Positions 26,243-40,075 are shown, counted from the first letter of the stretch. The stretch: 64,000 nt of DNA from Octopus sinensis (GCF_006345805.1 NC_042997.1:29326001-29390000), one strand, 5' to 3'. Notes: generated by a model not told the origin, from the sequence alone. Made by a program: numbers and translations.

Positions 26243-28341
26243 GTCCGTGTGTGTATGTATGTATGCATATATATGTGTGTATATATATATTTTCTGGGAG
26301 GTGAGGCGTCGCCCCCACCCTTTACCATCTAGTATGTAATGTTAATTATCAGCATGCAATATTTTAAAATCTCTATCGAGGGTATAATTGCTCACATCTG
26401 ATTTACAATAGAAATATCCAGTGATAAGTTGAGTTGCTCCATGAATATTAAAGACAGATAATGTACGTTACCAGCATATAATACATTTAAATTTGTATCC
26501 AAAAATAAATGCCCACATAGGATTTAAATGTGAAATATCAAGTGTTTATAAATCGAGTTGTTCCCAAAATATCCAAAATATGTAATGGAAGCTTATCAAG
26601 ATATAACATTTTCTAGTCTCTATCCAGTTAGAAATAGGTTCACTGGATTAAATATGAATTATCGAGTGTACTCTAGCTAATATTATTAGGTCCATTCCAT
26701 GAACAATTATTTGAATAACTCTTGTCGATGTCTAAATTGTGTCACGGGAATATTGAACTTTAATAATTTTAAAGTTTACCGTATAAATTGAAAAATATCC
26801 TACAGTGTATGTTGTCTAAATGACCGAATGAATGAATGACTTATACCAATGTAATAAGAGTTTTCACCTGGCGTGCCTCCGCATGAAGACCTTTCGTTAT
26901 TTAGAAAGCCTACTGTTTATTTTCTTCTGAAAATTACATAAGATGTTTGTAACATCGAATTTTAAGTTTTACATTATAGTAATTCCGGTACTTCATGGAG
27001 GCCTCCTGCAAACGGAATGCTTAAAAGAGATTAGCAACGCCCCAGCTCTAAATGAATTGAAGGTTTAGTTAGGGTCGGCATATAACGAGTATAGTATTAT
27101 TGTAAATATTTAGCAAATGTCTATGCAGTCACATTATGTTTATCAGCAACCAACCTTTCTGTGAAGGTTTTGGTGTTAATGCGCGCGTGACAGGACCGTA
27201 CAAAGAACTTTTGTTTAAGAACAGTACTTCTTAAACATCTAGTTGTCAATTCATTGGATTAATTCCCACAAATACTACTAGTCACTATCTCACCAACTAT
27301 GTTTGTGTTTTTTATTACAAAATAATAATAAAAAATTTAACATACTTCCAAAATTGGACTTCATCCATGTGTATCTGTGTGCGTATATGTGTAGGTGTGG
27401 GTAGGGGGTAGTGCGTACAAAATATTTACAGAAATGCACTCATAAAAATTGCATTTAAATAATTTTTTACATGCCACTTTTGCAATTCTCTATATAAATG
27501 ATAGGAAAGTATATATATCCATCAAATGAAATTAAAATACTGGTTCAGTGACAAACCGATCAAATTCGTAAAGATTTAACGTTTTTAGTAACAACATATC
27601 CCCTCTTCTAATTAATTATTGAAAAAGAGAGAAAATTCCGCCCTCTCTTTTGGAAGAGAAATTAATTTTGGTGGTAAGCACAAAATTCCCTGTTTCATTA
27701 TCACAATTAAAAGTATTTATTTTTACTTTAAAGAAAAAAAAGGTGGAGTCGTAGACGTATGACTGTGAATTATTCAATATCATGTTTGTTTCTATCATAA
27801 TCGCTTACAACTTAAAGCGAAAACAATGACAGGTATATAAAACATTTTTGTTTACTTTCTCTGTTCATTCACATAAACAGTAGCAATTGTTGCTCACGTG
27901 CACTCAAAAGACTGAGATATTCCAGACATTTAGCTGTTATTTTTAGCAGTTCATTTTCAGTTCTAATATTTTTATCTATTGTCATCTCTCTATCTACTTC
28001 CTACTACCAGTATCTTCTCAAATCTTCATTTACACTAGAGGATACTTTTGAATGAATAGCTGATGGAATTAATATCTGCACACTATCCATTTGAAATAAC
28101 AATATATGAACTCCTATTGGAATTTACACACCATGGACAAGAAACCTCTTTACCCATTCTACACAGCACATTCCTTGGATAACGAAACAACAACTTTAAC
28201 ATCCAACATGTATTTTTATTTTCATATTTTAATTTTTTTTTATATTTTCATATTTCCGTTTATATATACTTTATCTCCCTCTTTTCAAAATACCTTCTAT
28301 AGTGAACTCGAATATTCCTTCTATTGAAATTCCCTTAACTC

Positions 28342-28389
28342 GTCTCTGATGATGGGATGTCATTTATTTCCCTGAAACAGCTGTAAGTC
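28342..28389 (+). ncRNA. Minimal type I hammerhead ribozyme-like motif (PLE terminal repeat)
   Basis: gtct-CTGATGA-t-ggga...tccc-t-GAAAC-agct-GTA-ag. Helix III acagctgt is a perfect palindrome. First pair of stem II is mismatched. Confidence 0.65.
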
Positions 28390-28629
28390 CACCTTTCTCT
28401 TTATAAATATCCTCGAAACATTTCCTTGACCTTGTTATCTTATTTTATTTAAGATAAGGACGCTCACACACGACCCGCCTTAGTCTCCTCAATCATATTA
28501 CTATTGAACCGAGAGTTTAACAGCGGTCCTTCCGTTGCACCTACATATCTTTACCTGCCTTTTAGGGTCTTCTGGATACCAAAATCTGTCATATTATTGC
28601 TTCCTTGCATTATATTTGAAAACTATTAA

Positions 28630-29845
28630 AACCGCTCGTTTTTAGACGTTACTTTAAACATAGAAACCTCCCAATACTTCCCATATCATAAACCCAACCA
28701 GTACTTTAAGCATTTAAACATTAACTCCAATCACCACAAATCAACCTTCGATAACACAGTTAGTAGCATTTCGATTCGTATATCTGACCCCTCATGCACT
28801 TAATTCAATTACCAGGCCCCATATTACAACCAATCACTCGCTGTCAGTGGCTTCTCCCAACAAATAAAATACATCTCTAGTACAAGACTCAATCAACATA
28901 TATCTCAAGCCATATCACCACGACATCATAACCATCATAATTGTAACAGTCTATACGTGCACTATACTACAACTCCGGTAGAACACAGATTAAGATAGCT
29001 TAGACCCCGCCACACACACGTGTATAACACTAAGTTAAACTCTAAAGCAGCTAAAAATAACGGGCCCTATAACCCGCCTCAATTATCTAAAAATATACAT
29101 TATAGTACACCTAAACAATCAAAGAAAGCGGCAACCGCTTAATTCTATGGTATATGCCTCCTATCTTATTAAATGTTAAGAACTTTACCAAATTCTTTTT
29201 AATATGTTAGATTCTAACTTCCCTGGTCAACATAAATATTACTCTATCTTTGATATATTTACTTTAAAGTTCTCCAACTCGTCCCCACCCAATTTTGAGT
29301 CTATCGTAACAGCCTCTAATAGACGCAAACTTTCACTCTATTATCAAAATACACACCGAAACAACTCTAAATACACATAGATAGCTTCAACATCGAACCC
29401 AATAATTTAGAACATAACGAAGACCCAACCAATCCTAACAACACTTACCAGCATACTGATACCCTGACTTCTACCACAAATAGGATAAGTAATAACAACG
29501 ATAGAAATAAGAAATAATAACAACGATAGAAATAATAATAATACAAATAATACTACTGTTAATAACATGAACCAATCTACCTCTATCTCTAAACTCTCCC
29601 TACTCCTGAGATTCATGCGCACAATACACAACCATGTAACCGCCACCTGGGGAGTATATGCCCTCTACAAACTCATTGCAGAAGGTCTAACGCAATTTAG
29701 AACTACACCATTCTCAATACGCAACGCAATTCCACAGACATATATAATAGGGTCAACCATTGAAATTTAAACAGAGATACTCTGCACATCTCAGTTCTTT
29801 TAGATATGCGAAATACAGAGCACAAGAGCTATACGTTCCAAAATA
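28630..29845 (+). mobile_element. Degenerate Penelope-like element ORF (RT thumb, Cys linker, GIY-YIG)
   Basis: In frame from 28630: SFLDVTLN...YHKPNQ...SNHH...IRIS...*...QAPYYNQSLAVSGF. Later: LDSNFPGQHKYYSIF, CN...CPLQTHC and YI-GST...FKQRYSAHLSSF. These match PLE hallmark motifs, with stops and frameshifts. Confidence 0.8.
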
Positions 29846-30420
29846 TTTTACTATAATCTTTCGATTTTTCATTGGGAGCGGACGCCTAAAACGATGTATG
29901 AATTTTGTTTCGTATGCCAGAGAACAGTAATAGTTCTGTTGCGCTTGCACCGGGCTGCGGTTATAATTGGTGTATTCCAACAGTAGTGTTTCTCTATGTA
30001 TACATTGGGATATTTAATATCTCCAAACAATCAATATTAGTGGAGTTTCAAAATTGTTTCTAGGGCAGCTAATTGCAAAATGCATTATGTGTCATTAAAA
30101 CAACAATTATGATTGATTACTGTAATGTTGCGCACTGTGCTCTTCCAACAACCGAAAGAATGAATAGTCTTAAATATGACTGATATTCTTTTCTGTTCAT
30201 GCTTACATTCACACTCCCAAACACACATATCACACACAAACTAACACACATACACACACACACGCACATAATACGCCGAAGCACACGCACACACGTGTGC
30301 ATATATATATATAATATAACCGATCGTGGCTAAGACAAAAAAATGAGAAGTAGATGCAAGGTAAATCACAAGAAAACAAATATATGTATTAATGTAGACT
30401 ACCTTGTATTCGATATTTCC

Positions 30421-30584
30421 CATATCTTTGTCCACAACAAAGATGTCTTCAAGCAAGCAGGAATACAGAGCGTGTTTGCACTCCTCTTTCAAAGACGTAT
30501 GAGATGGCTTGGACATGTTAGCCGTAGGAAAGATGGCAGAATCCCCAAGGACATACTCTACGGAGAGCTTGCTAGGGACACTAG
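30421..30584 (+). mobile_element. Internal fragment of the same RTE family
   Basis: Closely matches 24267-24424 (RRMRWLGHVSR...GRIPKDI.YGELA). No 3' tail. Confidence 0.9.
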
Positions 30585-30964
30585 TGGGTTATCGATGTGG
30601 TAGACGTGAAATCTAAATGTAGCAGAGGAGGAGGAAGTAGAAGAAAAAAGAGATGACGATAATGATAAAGTCGCTGAAGATGACGTTGAGGAAGATGAAG
30701 AGGCGGTGGAGGAGGAAAAGGAGGTAGGAGTTAAAGACATAGATAATAACGATGCTGCTGATGATGGTGGTAAAGATGGTGATGGGGAAGAATATGTAGA
30801 AGTTGTACATCGGCAACAATCATCAATTTCTTGAAAATGAGGTCATAACCCCAAAATATTGAATACAAGTTAAGTATACGTTAATTGACATTTTTTTTCT
30901 TTTCTTGTGATTTATCTTACATCTACTTCGCATTGTTTTGGCCTTACCTACGGTCTTTTATGCA

Positions 30965-31071
<107 letters not shown>

Positions 31072-31154
31072 TATAGTACATACACCCACTCTCAAAAACA
31101 CGCACACAAGCACGCCCACGCAAAGTACACACACACGTGTATATATATATATAT

Positions 31155-32115
31155 ATATGAATAAATGAAAAAATGGAGTCGAACGAAGATGTTAACAAAA
31201 TTACTTTACTCTCGACATATGTTTCGAAGACAGCATGTTTTCATTCCAAAGGAATAAAGGGTGCATTATGCAATCTTCTCACCAGGAAAGAAAGGGAGCC
31301 TCTCTCGACAATAAGACAAACAAAAATTTCGATGACTGCCTACATGGTAAACAAAACGATAATGAGTGTTTTTTAAAAAAACCGTTAGAAGAATTGACGT
31401 CAAAGATAAGTAGTAGGAAGAGAAGGGTTAAAGGAATAATAGGTAGCGAACAAGTGGAGAGGGGAGGGTACGTTGATTGAAAGAATGTTCGAAGGCTTAG
31501 GAAAGAATTTCGCTATTGAAGTGGGGTGGACGTGAAGCTAATTGTTCAAACCACTGTTAGCATTTATATGAGGAGAAAGTATATTTCTGCCAGCGTTTAC
31601 ATTTGTATGATTTTTCTATGAGTGTGTTTACTAGGGGAACCTCAGAGAAGAGAATATGGAAGAGTTCAGAGTTGCAAATGTTACAAAATCTCCTGCCCTT
31701 ATCAAAAGGAAAGGATACAGACAGTATGAACCAATCTAACTTGAAATTTATATTGTTGTCTTTAAGACACCAAACTAATTCTCTTAGCCCTGTACTATGT
31801 CGTTTTTTACTATCCTTGAATGCTGAATAATGGTTTGAAATTCCCTTGGATAACTGGGAAGTGGACGCTCCTATATAGAAGAAGACATCGGTACCGGAAG
31901 AAATTCTACACTGGTAAACATACTTCTTAATCTTAGAATTACTGGACAAAAATTTAATTCTGTTGGGGTTGTCCTCCTTCTTTCCTGGTGAGAAGATTGC
32001 ATAATGCACCCTTTATTCCTTTGGAATGAAAACATGCTGTCTTCAAAACATATGTCGAGAGTAATGGAATTCTGTTAACATCTTCGTTCGACTCCATTCT
32101 TTCATTTATTCATAT
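31155..32115 (-). mobile_element. 5'-truncated PLE: GIY-YIG fragment between inverted terminal repeats
   Basis: ORF 31557-32009 contains VYQCRI...YIG...LVWCLKD...CNICNSE. 31155-31293 and 31977-32115 are near-identical inverted repeats. Confidence 0.85.
31209..31290 (-). ncRNA. Type I hammerhead-like motif with long stem II insertion
   Basis: ctttc-CTGGTGA-gaaga...tcttc-GAAAC-atat-GTC-gagag: 5-bp stem I, 5-bp stem II, palindromic helix III acatatgt, A6G core variant. The mirror copy at 31980-32061 (+) also has G12A. Confidence 0.7.
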
Positions 32116-32282
32116 ACAACACACAAATTTCTGCACATGAACCCGGAGTTTCTACCCTTGACAGGTCACTTCAACCGTGTTTCTGACGTGAATTTGCTAC
32201 CCAGGTTTCGGTTAAACGAATTTTCCATGCTGACGATAAACATAGCATAATTCATTCACTTATTTATATATACATATATATA

Positions 32283-33332
32283 TATTAAGGCTATTCTGCA
32301 GATACCTCAATAAGTGGAAATCCGAAGGAGCAATATCTGGTGAATATGGATGGTGAGGTAACACATCCCAGCCGAGCCAATGCAATTTTTGTCTGGTTCC
32401 CAAAGAAAAGTGCGGTCTTGCATTATCATGTTGGAAAACAACACCCTTCCTGTTGGCCAATACTGGGCGTTTCTCTTGAATTGCGGCCTTTAACTCGTCC
32501 GGTTCTGTGCAGTAATTCTCAGAATTTAGTGTCTGGTTACTTGGGAGAAGCTCATAGTACAGAATTCCTTTCCAATTTCACCAGACACAAAGCAAGACAT
32601 TTTTAGGGTGAAGACCCGCTTTTGGGGTGGCTAAGGGTGGCTCATGTCGCTTCCTCCGAGATCACTTTCTCTGAACATTTCGGTAGATAATCCATTTCTT
32701 ATCAACTGTCACAGTTTGCTTTAAAAAAGGCACGTTTTTATTCCGTTTATAAAGCGAATCACAGATGGAAATGCGATCCAAAAGATTCTCACTCAACGCG
32801 TGTGGTACCCAAACATCGTAGCGATTTGTGTACCTAAGCTTTACCAGGTGCTCATGAACGACGGATTTTGATAGGTTGAGGCTTTCTGCCAATTCTCAGG
32901 TTGTGCAATGTGGGTTATTAATGACTTGATTTGGTCATCATCTGTGGTGGATGGTCTGCCTGATCGCTCTTTATCAATAAGGCTACAATCTTCAGCTCGG
33001 AACCTTGCGAACCACATCCGTACAGTTCTTTCAGATAAAGAAACACTACTGTAAACTGCGCATGTTTCTTTGGTTGCTTGTGAGGCATTTTTACCTTTAC
33101 GGAAAAAGTAAAGCATCAAGTGCCGATAATGAACTTTCTTATCTTCAAATTTTAAGGGTTACAGAATTAACACAGGTTATAGGAACATAAGCTTTCTTCC
33201 ACGAAAAGATAGCTTAAACTGTGCTCTAAATGGAAGTGTCGTCAAATCTTATTTCATGGGCCCCACCATGTTCTAAATTTAGTCGAAATGTAAGCTGTTA
33301 TAAATCGGCACGACTTTCCGGATAACCCAATA
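32283..33332 (-). mobile_element. Degenerate DD34D mariner
   Basis: HTH region (MLYFFRKGKNASQA...WFARFR...RSGRP), WVPHAL, HDNARPH and YSPDIAPSDFHL with D34D spacing. Mariner-like terminus tattgggttatccggaaagtcg at 33332. Confidence 0.9.
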
Positions 33333-34794
33333 TATTAAAAATTATTTCTTTCATGTTAGAGTCCTCCTACCCTGAGCCTTTTTTCAATGAACATATGACA
33401 TCCAATACATATAAAACCTTTCTTTCAATGCCCATGGGAAAAGAAACATTCTCGCATTGCATGTGATCAGGATATGAGAAACATGTTCAATATATGCCAA
33501 CGGGATATACTCAAATGTCACATAGCCTCTAATTCTTAAATACACGACTATCTCAGGAACATGCGGTCACTTTTCCTACAAAATTGCATATTGCTAGCTA
33601 ATGCGAGAGAATCATTATATCTCCCACGTGAATTCTTTTGTGTATAAATACGTTTGTTTTTAGGAGGTGAAGCGTTAGTTTCTTTTGCCTTTCGTCGAAT
33701 AAACTAGTATTTCTAAGGTTCATTTTATTATTATATCCGTTAATACATAGCATAATGCATCTATGATGATAGGTAGAAATTAAAATTTATAGACGGAGCA
33801 CAAGAGCTGTAAGTTCCACATTCTTTCACTATAAATGTTCAATTTGTCATGTGCGTACAACCGGCGATGTTTCTCAAAAACCAATTATCTTGAATCTCAT
33901 TATGAAAAGCGTTATTTTTTTCAAGACGGTAGAGTAGGATTTCTTTGAGATTTAGAAGAATGTTCGCTCGGGGAGAAGGTTACAGTTTCTGCTGTTAATT
34001 ACTCTGCAATTTACTGCACACTTTTCTTTTAAGCTTAATGGTTTCGATTGAATATTAATTCTTACTTTCTACATTTCTTTGGAACTTTTGATTACTCGCA
34101 GATCTTTTGGTTTCATACATCAGCATTATTAAAGTGTATTTTTTATGCATTTACATAAAATCAATTTTAGTTAATTGTGCATTGTACAATTTCATTTTGT
34201 GTATATCTTGCATTATCCTATGAAATATATTCGCAATAGTAGCAACGTCAGAGATGAAGCGCTTTAAATAATGCAAAAACTGAAGGCATTGAGCCAATCA
34301 AAATACTTCGTGGCATTTCGTTTATCTTAATGTTGTGAGATCAAATTCCATCGAGTTACATTTAATCCCTTTTGGAGGTAGATAAAATAAGTACCAGTTG
34401 TGTACTATAGCCGATGTAAACAACGTGCTCGCTTCCCCGAAGCAGCTGATCTTGTGCCAAAATTTGAAACCAAAATTGGTGTAGAGTCGTGATGGAAATA
34501 CTTTAAATGATATTTTTGTAACGATTGTTAAAGTGATTTTGAATAATTATTGGTGTACATTTTTGTTCGAGTTTGTTGTTAAAGATCTGTAGGTGGCTAC
34601 TTTTCGATGGCATTGCGACTTTGCTGGGATAATCAGTATAACCACTGGATTAGGTGTCCTTCTTGGATTTAATCAGTTCTCAAAAAAATATTGTTTTTTA
34701 GCAAACTGATTTGGGAACTTTCATATCAAAAGTAATTTCATAATGAGGAAAAAAGCTAGACCTGATCGAGCAGCTCCACAGCATTTATGTAATT

Positions 34795-35028
34795 AAGGCG
34801 GTGAGCTGGCAGAAACGTTAGCACGCCAGGCGAAATGCGTAGCCGTATTTCGTCTGCCGTTACGTTCTGAGTTCAAATTCCGCCGAGGTCGACTTTGCCT
34901 TTCATCCTTTCGGGGTCGATTAAATAAGTACCAGCTACGCACTGGGGTCGATATAATCGACTTCATGCCTATGTCTGTCCTTGTTTGTCCTCTCTGTGTT
35001 TAGCCCCTTGTGGGTAGTAAAGAAATAG
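34795..35028 (+). mobile_element. SINE family C with 14-bp TSD
   Basis: aaggcggtgagctggcagaaacgttagc...gagttcaaattcc...cctttcggggtcgat. Flanks gcatttatgtaatt (34781-34794) and gcatttatgtagtt (35029-35042). Related copy at 39882-40076; older pieces near 34310-34470 and 44340-44420. Confidence 0.9.
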
Positions 35029-35239
35029 GCATTTATGTAGTTGGGCGAAGAGTAGACGTAACTTGCATGTTTAGTATACACGGGTATATCTATCAAGGAT
35101 CTAGTTAAAGTATAGTTAAGGTGTTAAAATTATTGGGAGACATCCAGAAATTGCCGCTGATTTCGTGTTGTACAACCGGCGATTTTATATATATAAATGT
35201 GTGTATGTATGTGTCTGTGTGTGTGTATACATGCGCGTG

Positions 35240-35298
<59 letters not shown>

Positions 35299-36072
35299 AT
35301 TGTATCCTGCTTATGACCGAACTGCATCCGATAGTTAGGTCCTGTTTCGGGTGTTCCGGTGTTTTGAGGAATGATGAACTTGTTGACACTATTGTTCCCA
35401 AGTCTAGTTTGACCCGGAGTAGTAGCACTTCTCTGAGTCCCAGCAATTGGTTAATTAGCATGCGTGATGACAATCCTTGTGAGTGCATGGATGCGATAAA
35501 ATGACTTCGCTAGTGTCTTGGTGCTCATAAAACTACTGAGAGTGAGTGAAACCTCGCTGTTTCCACACCATTTTCCTAGGAGAAAGAATCTGATATAAAA
35601 CTTGGGGTTTCACATGGTTACTTGTATTTTGAGTTCTGCCTGTCACAAAGTAGTAATTGCGAAGATTCAAAGAGCAGTATTCGTTTTATACGTGGATTTA
35701 ACACTATAAGCCAATCACGTATATGGATCTCTTTCTTATGTCCTCGTTTGTCATCCAATTGATATTAAGTCCCATGGTGATGGAAGAGTAATGATACATG
35801 CAGAACTAGTCTGGTGGAAGCTCAGAGTAAGTCACGGTTGTTGTCTGTTACATGTGCTTCAAACTATTCAAAAATCCAGCGAGACTGAATTGTTAACTAA
35901 GAGGTCATGGACAGAAAATCAGAAATTTCACTGACAATGAAAAAACACAAGGAGACGGCATACGTCTATGAGTATATAGTATGTATGTATGTATGTATGT
36001 ATGTATGTATGTATGTATGTATGTATGTATGTATATATTCGTATTTGTGTGTGTACCTAGATACTGTTATAC

Positions 36073-36486
36073 CCTTATGGATGAATGAATACACTGCAAC
36101 AACATAATAGCAATATCATCGAAATAAATGGCAGAAATCATACGGAACTTAACAATATTTTAGGAACCAGCACTCCAACAAACTAACTCGAGCTTTAAAC
36201 TTTGAACTACAACTTTGAGTTGTCAGCACATGAACTGTGGAACTGGCACGAACTTTATATTTGATTAACCACTTAGTATCCTTATGGATGAATGAACACA
36301 CTGCAACAATATAATAATATAATGGAAACAAACGGCAGCAACCACACGAAGCGTAACAACAATATTTTAGGAACCAACACCCCAACAAGCTAATTCGATC
36401 TGTAAACTTTCAACTGTATTTTTGATCTATCAACACACGAACTGTGGAACTAGCACGAACTTTACTTTTGATGAACCACTTAGGGT
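36073..36486. repeat. Diverged tandem dimer, period 207 bp
   Basis: ccttatggatgaatgaa at 36073 and 36280. aacaatattttaggaacca and gaactgtggaact.gcacgaacttta occur in both units. Confidence 0.85.
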
Positions 36487-37072
36487 CAAATAAAGATGGG
36501 ACAGCACAAGGATATACACACAATAAAGGGTGAGGTTAAAAAACAGCAAGTATAAACATGGAAGATGAAAAGAGAGGGGGAAATGTAATGATAGATAAGG
36601 GGGACCCCACCAACCACGCATCATCACTGAACTTTATCCGGATTAGAGTTTTCTCTGTGGTAAAATACAATTAAAATATTTAAAACGTAAGTTTGGAACA
36701 ACGTTCTAACAAACACCTGAAACATTTCAAATAAGAAAAACCTTTCAAATTCTCCTTTGAAACACTCCTAAATTTGCCGTCCATTATATTTAATACCTCA
36801 AACATACTGTTCTCATTCATACTTATTTTTGAAGGGTTTGTAACACATATTTGAAATAACTCTTCAATTCATCTTTATTGCTCGTTCTTCTGTTCAAATG
36901 GAGAGGGTTTAATATATGCAGTTGTGCATCTGGTTTGGTTTGTTCGGGTATGATGGTGGTGATATCTACTGTGTACATGGCTCATATTTATTTAGCAAAC
37001 AAACTGTTGGCGTCTTGTGAGTGGAATGGGAGTTTTTGACCATCTAGGTTAATTGTTTTAAAGATGTGTGTG

Positions 37073-37103
<31 letters not shown>

Positions 37104-38428
37104 TTGTGCGCGTGTGCACAGTCTACTGACTTTTGAACATGTATTTGAGCGGAAGGAATGGTGTCTTTTTCTTTCTTTTCTTTCTTTTTTATCTTTACCC
37201 TTGTCCATTCGTCGCTGCTTTCGGCCGGTGTTGATTCTACTTGGGTTTCTCTTGTAAGACTTCCCCCCTATTTTGGCCTTCTTTGTTGTAGTTTTAGATG
37301 ACTTCTTGTCTTTGGGGATGTTCTCTTTTGCTAGGTTAGGCTTGTTAGTCAGTGGTACGTTGGTAGGTTTATCTTTTTCGATACCAGTTGGTTCTTCCGT
37401 TTGTAATGGTTTGCTGACTGGAGGGCGTGTCTTCGGCTGCATACCCTGTGGACACTTAGATTTTATGTGGACCTTCTATCTCCAACCGAAACACCTTGGG
37501 CTTCCACCTTCAACGATAACCCTTTATTCTGTCTCAAGCGACAATATAATATATTCTGGAATTTCGTCCAGATCTTTGAGTGGCCACGATTGACAATTCC
37601 ACGCCACGACCCTGCTACGTTTGCAGTAACATTCTGTAAGTTGAAATGAGACAGACCTAATCTTTTTGATTGAACAATAAGGCTGCTATCAGCCGTGCAT
37701 CGGGCAGTTCTGGAGGATCGCCCCTGTTTTAATTATGGAGGTTCTTCTTCCAAGGAAAGTCGGAAGCAACAGTAGTTCTTTTAACTTTAAAGTTTTCTTT
37801 GAGTATTCTTTTGCTTTTTTTCGGAAGCGAACCTCACCTCCACAGTGCCAAAACATTTCCCTTTGTTGATATATTTCATATCCTGTCATATTGGTTTCAA
37901 GCAACTGAAGATGGCATCCCTAGATGCCATCTCTATCCTTCCCATTGCCAGCGCCAGGGTTCTATAAATTATGGCTTTCTTCCTTACGTCTTCCACGATG
38001 CTTTCTGGTAGAGGCAACCCCCGTTCTAATTCTCTTTATATACCACATTAAGCACCATTTCCTTAAATTTTGACGAGAAGTGCGTTTCTTCACTGGTTTG
38101 CCTCACCCTGGCAGCGAAACTTCTCAACGTTGTTATTCATTGGATCGTTCGTCTGACATTCCATCCTACCTTCAAAACAAGTACTTATCCTATACAAAAC
38201 AAGTATTTATCCTATGAAAAGAATCGTATAATTACTGCATTCCTTATTCTATGTCCTAGGTAGTGAAATACATTCGGGTGTATGCATACGTCTGTAGACC
38301 AAAATACTTCAAAGTTTAGAGTATCTTAACTAAACTGCATCTTCCATGAACTTTCTATCTCTCACGCGATAGTTCATACATAATTTGTCGATATATATTT
38401 TTTAGAATGCTTGTATTCTGTTTCCAGT

Positions 38429-38823
38429 GGAGGCGCAATGGCCCAGTGGTTAGGGCAGCGGACTCGCGGTCATAGGATCGCGGTTTCGATTCCCAGACCG
38501 GGCGTTGTGAGTGTTTATTGAGCGAAAACACCTAAAAGTTCCACGAGGCTCCGGCAGGGGATGGTGGTGATCCCTGCTGTACTCTTTCACCACAACTTTC
38601 TCTCACTCTTACTTCCTGTTTCTGTTGTACCTGTATTTCAAAGGGCCAGCCTTGTCACACTCTGTGTCACGCTGAATCTCCTCGAGAACTACGTTAAGGG
38701 TACACGTGTCTGTGGAGTGCTCAGCCACTTACACGTTAATTTCACGAGCAGGCTGTTCCGTTGATTCAACCGGATCAACCGGAACCTTCGTCGTCATAAC
38801 CGACGGAGTGCTTCACAAAAAAA
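38429..38823 (+). mobile_element. SINE family B, copy 2, with short A tail
   Basis: Same head and body as 18918-19295. Confidence 0.9.
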
Positions 38824-39745
38824 AGACCAAAATTATTCAAAGTTTAGAGTACCTTAACTAAACTGCATCTTCCATGAACTTCCTATCTCTCACGCGATAT
38901 TTCACACATAATTTGTCGATATACATTTTAGAATGCTTATATTCTGTTTCCAACATTAATGTCTGTGAATTAACAATATATCAGATATGCTTTTTTCTCT
39001 TATTTTATGAATTATCACGCTCCGAATATAATTCTATATTAATCTTCCCTCACCGAGTGAGAACAATCTCGCTAATGAAATCACAGTTGAAGAATTCCAT
39101 ACAAATTATTTCTAAAGGAAACATAATTAAACGCGTTGCGTTTTCTTGATTGCTTTTTGTGATTGTTTATTACTTATTTATATCTTCTTATATTAAGTAA
39201 TTGGCTTGTTTTAATTCAAAAATGCATTTCGCATATACTCTTTCTCGTTTTTTCTTTTTACTTACTTGCATCGTGTATATCGAAGCATTAATAGAGAAGC
39301 AACTTTTCTAATTAGCTTGCTAACAAAGTACAATGAAGAGGTCATCACGCACAACTAAATAATTAACTACATTTACCAGCATATCTATTTCTTCATGGTA
39401 ATCATTCTGGATTTTGTCTTTCTTCATATAACATTAGCTGTTGATATTTTCAATTTAGCTTATTTGCAAAGTCAGCCTCTAAATTGGTTTGCGCAACATT
39501 TTGTTAATTCATTCCATTAGATATATAAATAGGCATCCTTTTGAGAAGTTGCAAAATCGGAATTATTTACTTTTTGTGTTTAATGTTGTAATTTTCAGCA
39601 CATTAATTATTACTGTGTTAAGCCTAGTCTATATGGTTGATGTGATAATTAAAATATGTACTTAGCTGTTATGGTTCTAATGAAAGTTAACATGATTAAT
39701 ATGGTGGTGGTATTATTATTATTATTATTATCATTATTATTATTA

Positions 39746-39806
<61 letters not shown>

Positions 39807-39832
39807 AATATTATTATTATTATTATTATTAA

Positions 39833-39868
<36 letters not shown>

Positions 39869-39881
39869 CATTATTATTATT

Positions 39882-40075
39882 AAGGCGGCGAGCTGGTAGA
39901 AACGTTAGCATGCCGGGTGAAATAAGTAGGTGTAATTCGTCTGCCGTTACGTTCTGAGTTCCAATTCTGCCGAGATCGACTTTGCCTTTCATCCTTTCGA
40001 GATCGATTAACTAAAGACCAGTTGCGCACGCACTGGGGTCGACATAATCGACTTAATCCGTTTGTCTGTCCTTGT

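Noticed and set aside
30615-30830. Acidic Glu/Asp-rich open frame
   Set aside because: Degenerate (GAN)n triplet repeat with no splice or domain support.
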